A stretch of 17,714 bases of DNA from Candidatus Margulisiibacteriota bacterium (GTDB taxonomy: Bacteria > Margulisbacteria > WOR-1 > O2-12-FULL-45-9). How positions within the stretch are numbered: the first letter of the stretch is position 1; each line of letters begins with the position of its first letter. Positions 1 through 6,986 of this stretch are shown one piece after another. A program made the position numbers and the translations under genes. Below the pieces are notes generated by a model. That model was not told the DNA's origin and made no database searches. It saw nothing but the letters and a program-made list of their open reading frames with translations. The stretch is from positions 1-17,714 of the forward strand of contig JBDRHP010000058.1 in the NCBI GenBank assembly GCA_043816785.1, read 5' to 3'.

Positions 1-215
1 CTCTGATAGCCCTTTTTTTGATAACGTTTAGAATATGCTTCTGCGATAAGGCGAGGAACAGCTTTTGCTGAGCGACGGAGTTGACTATTTAAATCAAATC
101 TTTCTTCTTTTGGTAACTTAGGTAGAATTTTTTTTATTACAATTAAAGCTGCCTGATATGTATTGCGATAAACTTCCAAATCATAAAAACTACTGCTCGA
201 TCTATCATTTTTCAT
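1..215 (-). CDS. Four-helix-bundle protein (TIGR02436 / 23S rRNA IVP-like), 5' part; runs off the window edge
   Basis: Not in the ORF track. Manual translation from ATG at 215 gives MKNDRSSSFYDLEVYRNTYQAALIVIKKILPKLPKEERFDLNSQLRRSAKAVPRLIAEAYSKRYQKKGYQ..., with family motifs F.DLEVY, LPKEE.F.L.SQLRRS and IAE. SD GGAGG at 224-228. Confidence 0.9.
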   Translation of the reverse strand, partial: MKNDRSSSSFYDLEVYRNTYQAALIVIKKILPKLPKEERFDLNSQLRRSAKAVPRLIAEAYSKRYQKKGYQ

Positions 216-237
216 ATTATATGCCTCCCATAACTAC

Positions 238-290
238 ACCCAAACCCAAACCGGGACTTTACCCATACCAATACCTAAACCAACACCCAG
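238..290. repeat. Degenerate hexamer tandem tract (ACCnAn, about 9 units) in the leader of the four-helix-bundle gene
   Basis: ACCCAA ACCCAA ACCGGG ACTTT ACCCAT ACCAAT ACCTAA ACCAAC ACCCAG. Confidence 0.8.
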
Positions 291-300
291 ATGACCAAGC

Positions 301-317
301 AGCAACTTTATTGCCAG
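301..317 (-). promoter_or_regulatory. Sigma54-type -24/-12 promoter of four-helix-bundle gene 1
   Basis: - strand CTGGCAATAAAGTTGCT (GG-N10-GC); 15/17 identical to the element at 7451-7467. Confidence 0.7.
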
Positions 318-356
318 CTGAAAAGGAGTGAATTTGCGAATGAAAGTGGTTCCAGG

Positions 357-373
357 GTGTCGAAATTCCGATA
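357..373. promoter_or_regulatory. Palindromic enhancer-like site (TGT-N10-ACA type)
   Basis: GTGTCGAAATTCCGATA; 15/17 identical to 7507-7523 and at the same 56-nt offset from the sigma54 motif. Confidence 0.65.
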
Positions 374-387
374 GGCAGCCTACACTA

Positions 388-396
388 TGATATAAT
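388..396 (+). promoter_or_regulatory. Extended -10 sigma70 promoter for the macrodomain gene
   Basis: TGATATAAT, 8 nt before ATG 405, no SD. Confidence 0.55.
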
Positions 397-404
397 TAAA
401 TTCT

Positions 405-980
405 ATGAATGAGGTTGAAATCGGACAGTCGAAGATTGTTTTTCTAAAGGGAGACATCACCAAACAGCAGGTTGACTCTATTGTCAACGCGGCTAATTCC
501 TCATTAATGGGCGGGGGCGGGGTTGACGGCGCGATCCATCGGGCTGGCGGGCCGGCAATTCTGGAAGAATGCAAAAAGATCGTGGCTAAACAAGGTCGGT
601 TGCCCACTGGCCAAGCGGTTATTACTACTGGAGGAAAGCTTCTGGCGAAATATGTGATTCATACGGTGGGGCCGATTTACAAGAGTATCAGAGAATCAGA
701 TGATCAGAACTGGATGATCAGAGGGTCAGAAAATCAGAGGGAACAGTTACGGAGCTGTTATATTAAATCTCTTGAGCTGGCTGCTGAAAAAGGAGTAAAA
801 TCGATTGCTTTTCCTTCGATCTCAACTGGAGCTTACCGTTATCCGCTGTCTGAAGCCGCGCTGATCGCGGTCCAGGCGGTTAAAGATTTTCTAAAACAGG
901 AAACATCCATCAAGGATGTCTATTTTGTGCTCTTTAATGATGCTGCTTACGAGGCGTATGTAGAAGCCGTCCGCCATTGA
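405..980 (+). CDS. Macrodomain protein (O-acetyl-ADP-ribose deacetylase / ADP-ribosylhydrolase, YmdB-like)
   Basis: GDIT, IVNAAN, GGGGVDGAIH, VIHTVGP, IAFPSISTGAY motifs; contains a repeat-derived insertion at 681-740. Confidence 0.95.
   Translation: MNEVEIGQSKIVFLKGDITKQQVDSIVNAANSSLMGGGGVDGAIHRAGGPAILEECKKIVAKQGRLPTGQAVITTGGKLLAKYVIHTVGPIYKSIRESDDQNWMIRGSENQREQLRSCYIKSLELAAEKGVKSIAFPSISTGAYRYPLSEAALIAVQAVKDFLKQETSIKDVYFVLFNDAAYEAYVEAVRH
681..740 (+). repeat. In-frame octamer (ATCAGAnn) repeat tract inside the macrodomain gene
   Basis: AAGAGT ATCAGAGA ATCAGATG ATCAGAAC TGGATG ATCAGAGG GTCAGAAA ATCAGAGG. Confidence 0.85.
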
Positions 981-1007
981 GTCTACTTTGTGCTGCAGGG
1001 GGGCTCT

Positions 1008-1176
1008 TTTAAGGTGGTTAAGGCCTTTAGGGCTTTTAAGAAAATGAAGGCTTTTATGGGAAAAAGGGCTGTTAGGGAATAAAGGGATAGGGCCAATAAG
1101 CCCTTTGCCTCACCGCCTTACTGCCGTAACCGCCTTCATTCCCTTAAAGGCCATAAAAGCCCTCACACCCCTAAAA
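1008..1176. repeat. Inverted pair of degenerate 9-mer tandem tracts (long imperfect hairpin)
   Basis: Left arm TTTAAGGTG GTTAAGGCC TTTAGGGCT...AGGGC; loop CAATAA; reverse complement of right arm TTTAGGGGT GTGAGGGCT TTTATGGCC TTTAAGGGA ATGAAGGCG... Confidence 0.75.
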
Positions 1177-1227
1177 ATTACAGATCAAGACAAAAAGTAA
1201 AAAGAAGAAAAAAGAGGCGGCAATACA

Positions 1228-1255
1228 GATAGGCATAATATATCTTATGCGAAGC
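1228..1255 (-). other. dif-like Xer recombination site (possibly degenerate)
   Basis: - strand GCTTCGCATAA GATATA TTATGCCTATC: 11-6-11 layout with CATAA/TTATG inner arms; outer half of the XerD-like arm is poor. Confidence 0.45.
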
Positions 1256-1350
1256 AAAGGTTGAATTATGGTATCTGAAAATGATATATTTTATTCATGA
1301 CAGACCTTCAGCATCTTGGCAAGGACCGGCTGGGATTCTTATCGGAATCA

Positions 1351-1450
1351 AATGACTAATTACTAATGACGAATGACTAATGAATGTCATATTATTATAT
1401 AAAAAAGATTTTACAATCATTAGTTATTAAAGAATTAGTCATTAGTCATT
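1351..1450. repeat. Inverted pair of heptamer (AATGACT) tandem tracts directly upstream of the mutM SD
   Basis: AATGACT AATTACT AATGACG AATGACT AATGA, then an AT-rich loop, then TCATT AGTTATT AAAGAATT AGTCATT AGTCATT. Confidence 0.85.
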
Positions 1451-1465
1451 CAACCGGAGGTTGTT

Positions 1466-2332
1466 ATGCCGGAATTACCAGAAGTTGAAACCATTAAACG
1501 TGGGTTGAAGAAAGCGATTGTGGGAAAGAAGATCGCTGACTTTGACAGTGATTGGCATAAGGCGATCAATAAACCTTTGCGCCAGTACCAGCGGATACTT
1601 ATGGGAACCAAGATTTTAAATGTTGACCGCCGTGCCAAGATGCTTGTTCTGACTTTGCTAAATGATTGGCGCATTCTTGTCCACCTAAAAATGACCGGGC
1701 AGTTGGTTTTCCGCGACAAGAAAAAATGCTTAATTGGCGGTCATTCAATCGAGACAAACTGCGAAAATCTGCCGAATAAATTCACTCACGCCATTTTCAC
1801 CTTTGCTGATGACAGCCATCTTTATTTTAATGATGTGCGCAAATTTGGCTGGGTGAGGCTGTATTCAGCAAATGAATTAGCTAAGGTTTTTGAAAAAATG
1901 CAGCTGGGCCCTGAGCCGCTAACCAGCGAGTTTACGTCGGGCTGCCTGACTGAGATCATGAGGCAGCGTCCTAAAGCCAGGGTTAAACAATTTATCATGG
2001 ACCCCAAAAATCTGGTTGGGGTTGGCAATATCTACAGTGATGAGGTTTGCTTCTTTGCCAGGGTCAGGCCGGACCGACGCGTGGGAACTTTAAAGGATAA
2101 GGAAATTAAACTGATCCATAAAGGGATAATCAAAATCTTGAAAGCAGCGATCATGGCGCAAGGCACAACATTTAGCAATTATGTTAATACTGATGGAGAA
2201 GCCGGGGCTTTTACCAAGCAGTTAAAGGTCTATCAGCGCCATGGCAAAAAATGTTATAGTTGTAAGGGTAGGATAATAAAGATGAAGATAGGAGGTCGGA
2301 CTTCTTCGTTTTGTCCGAAGTGCCAGAAATGA
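1466..2332 (+). CDS. mutM: Formamidopyrimidine-DNA glycosylase / AP lyase (Fpg)
   Basis: MPELPEVE N-terminus, HLKMTG, GVGNIYSDE (H2TH), C-terminal CxxC...CxxCQ zinc finger; SD GGAGG at 1456-1460. Confidence 0.97.
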   Translation: MPELPEVETIKRGLKKAIVGKKIADFDSDWHKAINKPLRQYQRILMGTKILNVDRRAKMLVLTLLNDWRILVHLKMTGQLVFRDKKKCLIGGHSIETNCENLPNKFTHAIFTFADDSHLYFNDVRKFGWVRLYSANELAKVFEKMQLGPEPLTSEFTSGCLTEIMRQRPKARVKQFIMDPKNLVGVGNIYSDEVCFFARVRPDRRVGTLKDKEIKLIHKGIIKILKAAIMAQGTTFSNYVNTDGEAGAFTKQLKVYQRHGKKCYSCKGRIIKMKIGGRTSSFCPKCQK

Positions 2333-2943
2333 AGCTTAAGCCATCAAAAATAATCTGTGTTGGGTTGAATTACCGGGATCATGCCAAGGAATTGAATGAG
2401 CCTATTCCTGAAAGCCCAGTACTGTTCATGAAGCCGATCAGCGCGCTTATTTTTAACCATGATCCGATCGTGTATCCGGAACAGACCCAAAATCTTCATT
2501 ACGAGGCTGAATTAGCAATAGTTATTAAAGACAGGATCAAGAATATATCAGAAAAAGATGCGCGAAGTCATATTTTGGGCTTCACCTGTGCCAATGATGT
2601 GACTGCCAGGGATCTGCAGAAAGCAGATGGCCAGTGGACCAGGGCTAAGTCCTTTGATACTTTTTGTCCGCTGGGACCCAAGATTGTTTCAGACATTGAT
2701 CCTGATAATTTGGACATTAAGCTTTACCTGAATGGAGAAGTAAAGCAGTCTTCTAATACGTCAAACATGATCTTTAGGGTTGATTATCTGGTGTCGTTTA
2801 TTTCCCAAGTTATGACTTTAGAGCCTCAGGATGTGATATTGACTGGTACGCCGCCTGGAGTAGGCCCGATGAATGTTGGCGATGTGGTTGAAGTCGAGAT
2901 TAAGGGTATTGGCAAGCTATCGAATAAAGTTCAAGCCAATTAA
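2329..2943 (+). CDS. Fumarylacetoacetate hydrolase (FAH) family protein
   Basis: KIICVGLNYRDH, HYEAELA, NDVTARD, KSFDTFCPLGP, ILTGTP. Start moved to ATG 2329, which gives an ATGA overlap with the mutM stop. Confidence 0.93.
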   Translation: MKLKPSKIICVGLNYRDHAKELNEPIPESPVLFMKPISALIFNHDPIVYPEQTQNLHYEAELAIVIKDRIKNISEKDARSHILGFTCANDVTARDLQKADGQWTRAKSFDTFCPLGPKIVSDIDPDNLDIKLYLNGEVKQSSNTSNMIFRVDYLVSFISQVMTLEPQDVILTGTPPGVGPMNVGDVVEVEIKGIGKLSNKVQAN

Positions 2944-4178
2944 ATAATAAGTTCAGCCCCGGCTTCTTTTTCCGCAATTGCTTCAGCCAAGCCGATTTCA
3001 GCGACTCTTTGCAGATCAACAGAGCGGCCGGTGCGGCGCAGATTAAAAACATTAATGTTGTTGCCGGTTGAATAACTTATATTGCTGAAATCTGTGGGGA
3101 CTCGTATAGTTCTATCTTCTATCTCAAGCGGGTATGTGTCAGATAAAAACCTGACTGTTTTTTGCCCGCCTTCTTCAATGATAATTCCCCAGGTTGTGAG
3201 ATCAAATCTTTCCGGGCTGTTGGAATATGGGGTGCCGACTCCAACCACTTCTCCTGGGTGTAGGTCCTTATGAAAACTTGTCCAGAAAGGAGAGAAGGAC
3301 AACTTCCTTTGTTCAACCTCTTGCAAGGGATATGATTGTAATTCAGCGCGGCCTTCCCTGAGCAGGGTGGGCAGATCGTACTTGAGCTCCGCGCGGTAAA
3401 GCAGCTCAGCCTCAAGAATCGCTTCATAATCGCTGATCACCGGAATGTCCAGGCCAGAGGCGGCTACTTTATCTCTGGCCAGGCCAAGTTCTCCGCCATC
3501 TGTTTCAGAAACAATAACTGCTGTAATCGTGTGCTGAATGCGGGCCCTTCTTACTTCTTCCTGAACTTCGTGCTTGCCTATTTCCATGCTTGCCGACTCA
3601 TGAAAGTGAATAACGCTAAATGGGCTGCCAAAATATCTTTCATCAATATGGAAACCTTTTTTGCCAACATATCCCTCAATATCCCTGGTGAGCGCGACTT
3701 CATAAGCAACGCTTCTCTGAGACGGGAACATTCCCGTAGCAAAGGCTGGGACGGTGCGCATAATTATAAAATTGCCACGCACATCATGCATATCAGATGG
3801 TATGCGCCCCTTAAGGACCTGATCAAGGAACCACCCGGTTACATGACCTTTTGATTTGAAATAATAATGGGGCAGCCGGAGATCACCATCAGCCATAATA
3901 GCTTCCCGATAAGCCTGATATCTTTCCCTAAGACTGGCTTCAAAGCGGGTTTTATTTGGGGACAGCTGGGCGTGAGCATACTCTGCAATTACCTGGGTCT
4001 GCCATTGTTCACCAAGCCAGCTTGATTTTTCTAAAAGGTCCAAGACAGTCCTTACAATTTGTAAATTTCTTCTTAAATAAGCAGGTCGTTGTCCCCTGTT
4101 TCTCGTCGCAGTTCTTAAGGGAACAACATAGCGGGGACCGTTAGGTCCTCCCGGTCCATTTATGCTGCTAGGCGCCAT
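2940..4178 (-). CDS. Hypothetical protein, 412 aa, with G/P/S-rich N-terminus
   Basis: Long ORF; its start overlaps the end of the upstream ORF (4168-4178), suggesting translational coupling; no family recognised. Confidence 0.75.
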   Translation of the reverse strand: MAPSSINGPGGPNGPRYVVPLRTATRNRGQRPAYLRRNLQIVRTVLDLLEKSSWLGEQWQTQVIAEYAHAQLSPNKTRFEASLRERYQAYREAIMADGDLRLPHYYFKSKGHVTGWFLDQVLKGRIPSDMHDVRGNFIIMRTVPAFATGMFPSQRSVAYEVALTRDIEGYVGKKGFHIDERYFGSPFSVIHFHESASMEIGKHEVQEEVRRARIQHTITAVIVSETDGGELGLARDKVAASGLDIPVISDYEAILEAELLYRAELKYDLPTLLREGRAELQSYPLQEVEQRKLSFSPFWTSFHKDLHPGEVVGVGTPYSNSPERFDLTTWGIIIEEGGQKTVRFLSDTYPLEIEDRTIRVPTDFSNISYSTGNNINVFNLRRTGRSVDLQRVAEIGLAEAIAEKEAGAELII

Positions 4179-5601
4179 TTTCTTTTAACCTCTGGACGGT
4201 TTTTGCTAGATTATGTTGACGGTAAAGGGCTGAGGCGGCCACAACCATATTGGCGCCGGCTGAGCGAGCCCCTCCAACAGTCCTGAGGTTTACGCCGCCA
4301 TCGACTTGGAGGCCTAAGCTTAAGTCAGCTTCTTGAGCAAAACCCCTTAAGCCCGAGATCTTTGGCAAAACCTCTGGCATAAATTTTTGGCCTGAAGCGC
4401 CTGGAATAACGGACATTAGGGTAACTACATCGATCAAGCCAAGATAAGGCAGAATTTTGACATAAGGGGTTGCCGGGTTAATAGCTAAGCCAGCGTGGAC
4501 GTCATGTCGGTGTAATGAAGCTACCAGATCAGCCAGGTCCGCGCGGGGACGATCAGCCGAAGCTGTTAGTTCTGACGAGATCGTGATCAAGTCCACGCCG
4601 ATTTTCATGAGCTCAACAATATAGCTGGCAGGATCTTGCACCATCAGGTGAACGTCGATCGGCAAGTGGGTGCGGGGCCTGATATAGCGAATAAAATCAC
4701 CCAATACCATAAAATGTTCATAAGGATCTTTTGTAGAAGTAACAGGCCCAACCAACTGCCGGCCTTGGTTGAATACGCCGTCCATAATATCCAGGTGAAG
4801 CATATCTACACCATGTTTTTGGGCTCTAGCAACCCGCTGGACAATTGGCTTAAGTGAACGAGGGTTGGTGTCTTCGCGAAAAGGCCCAGCTAGTATAGAC
4901 ATGCCAAGAAGGTTAGCGTGGGCAAGTCTGGGTTTATCTATTCTTAGGGCCAAGCTTTCGGTCTGGTGGCCAAAAACACTTTCGATCTGTGCCAGCTGGT
5001 TTGATAGCAGGGAGAATAGCCTTTTTAAATGCGGGAGACTGTCGATGAGATCCTGCCTGGTCGAGGCTTGTTCAAATTTCAATTTAAATACTGCAAAATT
5101 GCCGCGGTCAACCCTGACTGGATAAAGAATAAATGGTTTGCGGTCTTTCAGATGGGCTAGGTTTTCCGGGTGCATAATGATCATTGGCTGCATACTATCG
5201 ATCACTTGATGCATTTCTATGGTTTCGTCAAGCGGGGTTTTTGTGGCGAAAGAAGTAATTTCTTCTGAATTAGGGTCCAGCTCTGCCAGCACTCTTTGTC
5301 CTTTTAAAGTGAGCTCTTTTTTGATAGTGCCTTTTATTTGCAAGCGCTGTTTGGCAGCGGGATCCAACCATTTATATACTTTCAGGGTTTTGATTGAAGT
5401 TAGTTCTGGAGTTTGGCTGACCCAGTACATCTGGGCAGCCCGGGCGCCAAGCCCATGGATTACCCCCAGTTGCAAAGTGATCCTGATCGCGTCGTCCGGC
5501 GATGTTGCCTGGCGGATCCTTTGGGTTACAAAATCAACCCTTTGCGGGAGGGGCATTTTTTGGATCTGCCTGATAATTATCGGAGAAACAGTTATTCCCA
5601 T
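4168..5601 (-). CDS. Fusion protein: unknown ~230-aa N-terminal region plus ribulose-phosphate 3-epimerase-family C-terminal domain
   Basis: C-terminal HLDIMDGVF, DVHLMV, GLAINPATP, MSVIPGASGQKF, LQVDGGVN, AGANMVVAASA; SD TGAGG upstream. Confidence 0.85.
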   Translation of the reverse strand: MGITVSPIIIRQIQKMPLPQRVDFVTQRIRQATSPDDAIRITLQLGVIHGLGARAAQMYWVSQTPELTSIKTLKVYKWLDPAAKQRLQIKGTIKKELTLKGQRVLAELDPNSEEITSFATKTPLDETIEMHQVIDSMQPMIIMHPENLAHLKDRKPFILYPVRVDRGNFAVFKLKFEQASTRQDLIDSLPHLKRLFSLLSNQLAQIESVFGHQTESLALRIDKPRLAHANLLGMSILAGPFREDTNPRSLKPIVQRVARAQKHGVDMLHLDIMDGVFNQGRQLVGPVTSTKDPYEHFMVLGDFIRYIRPRTHLPIDVHLMVQDPASYIVELMKIGVDLITISSELTASADRPRADLADLVASLHRHDVHAGLAINPATPYVKILPYLGLIDVVTLMSVIPGASGQKFMPEVLPKISGLRGFAQEADLSLGLQVDGGVNLRTVGGARSAGANMVVAASALYRQHNLAKTVQRLKENGA

Positions 5602-5619
5602 AGTATTTGCCTCAATTTA

Positions 5620-5646
5620 TTATCGGCTGCTGGCTATGGGAATTTC
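5620..5646 (-). promoter_or_regulatory. Sigma28 (FliA/WhiG)-like promoter
   Basis: GAAATTCC-N11-GCCGATAA (perfect sigma28 -10 box) just upstream of ATG 5601. Confidence 0.7.
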
Positions 5647-5720
5647 AGATTTTTAGTATAATTTTAATGAATAATAAGTATGATTAAGGGATGAAAGCGG
5701 AGTCGAGGGTGTTGAAGCTT

Positions 5721-5924
5721 TTAGGCACGCAGGGAGGGTTTAAATGGGATCGTAACCAGGTCACCAGGCTGGAATTTGCTTCCCCGATTATCCCTGGCAA
5801 TATCCGCAACACTAGCTTGATGGCCCGAAGCGAGTTCGTCCAAAGTTTCGCCTTCTTGAACAACATGCAGGTGATGGACCTGCGGATTATAACTGGTCGA
5901 TGAACCTACACTGGAAAATGTCAT
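5721..5924 (-). CDS. Small stand-alone LysM-domain protein (67 aa)
   Basis: HVVQEGETLDELA...SVADIARDN...FQPGDLVTIP matches the LysM pattern; SD GGAGG at 5935-5939. Confidence 0.8.
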   Translation of the reverse strand: MTFSSVGSSTSYNPQVHHLHVVQEGETLDELASGHQASVADIARDNRGSKFQPGDLVTIPFKPSLRA

Positions 5925-5946
5925 CTGTTGTGTGCCTCCATATATA

Positions 5947-5973
5947 TAATCGTTCCAACTATGGTAAACCTTG
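5947..5973 (-). promoter_or_regulatory. Sigma28-like promoter
   Basis: CAAGGTTT-N11-AACGATTA upstream of the LysM gene SD. Confidence 0.55.
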
Positions 5974-6027
5974 CATTTAAAATGGTAAAATTTAATCTTA
6001 AAGAGGTTGCTTTTCGTTTTTTAAGTG

Positions 6028-6141
6028 TAAGATTATCAGAGCATTAGAAGGCCAGAACTGGAAGATCAGAATATCAGATTTTTCTGATTCTCTGTTTATC
6101 TGATGCTCCAGTTCTGATACTCTGGTAATCTGATATTCTTA
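6028..6141. repeat. Inverted pair of octamer (ATCAGAnn) tandem tracts upstream of the C39-like gene
   Basis: Left TAAGATT ATCAGAGC ATTAGAAG GCCAGAAC TGGAAG ATCAGAAT ATCAGA; reverse complement of right arm TAAGAAT ATCAGATT ACCAGAGT ATCAGAAC TGGAGC ATCAGATA AACAGAGA ATCAGA. Confidence 0.85.
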
Positions 6142-6145
6142 AACT

Positions 6146-6787
6146 ATGAAAAGAATTACCATCGTTATAATATTAATTTACTTATCGGGTTTAAGTAACG
6201 CTCTTCCTCAGAAAAGCTACATCCCCATCCCCTTCCTCTGCCAGGCTCCTTTTGCAAACTGGAGCCAGCCCTGGCAGGATGCGTGTGAAGAAGCTGCAAT
6301 TATCATGGCTATTCATTATGTAAAAGGTGATCCGGTTACCCGGGTATCAGGGAATCAGGAAATTTTAGGTCTGGTAGATTTTCAGGTTGAAAAATATGGC
6401 GGGCATTACGATCTTACTGCAGAGCAGACAGCAAAGCTGATAAGAGATTATTATAAGTTTGAGAATGTTGAGGTTCGCTATGATATTACGATCCAGGATA
6501 TCAAGGATGAGCTTGCCAAGGGGAATCCTGTTATTACGCCAATGGCTGGCTGGCTGCTAGGCAATCCTTATTACACGCCACCTGGACCGGTTTATCATTA
6601 TATGGTGTTTAAAGGTTATGATGATCGAACCGGGGAATTCATTACTAATGATATGGGGACCAAGCGCGGCAGGAACTATCGCTATAAATATCAAACTGCT
6701 TATAATGCTATCCACGACTGGACCGGCAGTAAAGCAACTATCACCTCAGGCAGAAAAGCCATGGTTGTGGTAAAATTAGATAACTAA
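6146..6787 (+). CDS. Secreted peptidase C39-like family protein
   Basis: Signal-peptide-like MKRITIVIILIYLSGLSNA; QAPF..W...QDACEEA (catalytic Cys), YHYMVFKGYD (His), FITND (Asp). Confidence 0.85.
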   Translation: MKRITIVIILIYLSGLSNALPQKSYIPIPFLCQAPFANWSQPWQDACEEAAIIMAIHYVKGDPVTRVSGNQEILGLVDFQVEKYGGHYDLTAEQTAKLIRDYYKFENVEVRYDITIQDIKDELAKGNPVITPMAGWLLGNPYYTPPGPVYHYMVFKGYDDRTGEFITNDMGTKRGRNYRYKYQTAYNAIHDWTGSKATITSGRKAMVVVKLDN

Positions 6788-6905
6788 CAACACGCTCGCT
6801 ACGCGAGCTACAACTTACAACTAACAACCGGATGTATTATTATTATGAATTCAAATAGTTGTAAGTTGTTAGTTGTAGGGCCCGAAGGGCCCGTGTTGTA
6901 AGTTA
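6781..6905. repeat. Inverted heptamer (TACAACT/AACAACT) hairpin with two symmetric GC-rich side hairpins (four-way junction)
   Basis: 6781-6793 pairs with 6893-6905 (12/13); 6809-6828 pairs with 6858-6877 (18/20); side stems GCTCGC-TAC-GCGAGC and GGGCCC-GAA-GGGCCC. Confidence 0.85.
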
Positions 6906-6909
6906 GTAT

Positions 6910-6983
6910 GGGCCTGTGGCGCAACTGGATAGCGTATCAGCCTCCGAAGCTGAGGGTTGTGGGTTCGAATCCCGCCAGGCCCA
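6910..6983 (+). tRNA. tRNA-Arg(CCG), CCA not encoded
   Basis: Acceptor GGGCCTG/CAGGCCC, D arm GCGC-AACTGGATA-GCGT with A20, anticodon stem TCAGC/GCTGA with CCG at 6944-6946, T arm GTGGG-TTCGAAT-CCCGC. Confidence 0.96.
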
Positions 6984-6986
6984 TTT

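Noticed and set aside
5691..5903. 70-aa + strand ORF and the overlapping 5684-5866 - strand ORF
   Set aside because: They overlap the LysM ORF, which has a domain pattern, an SD and a promoter, and they have no recognisable features themselves.
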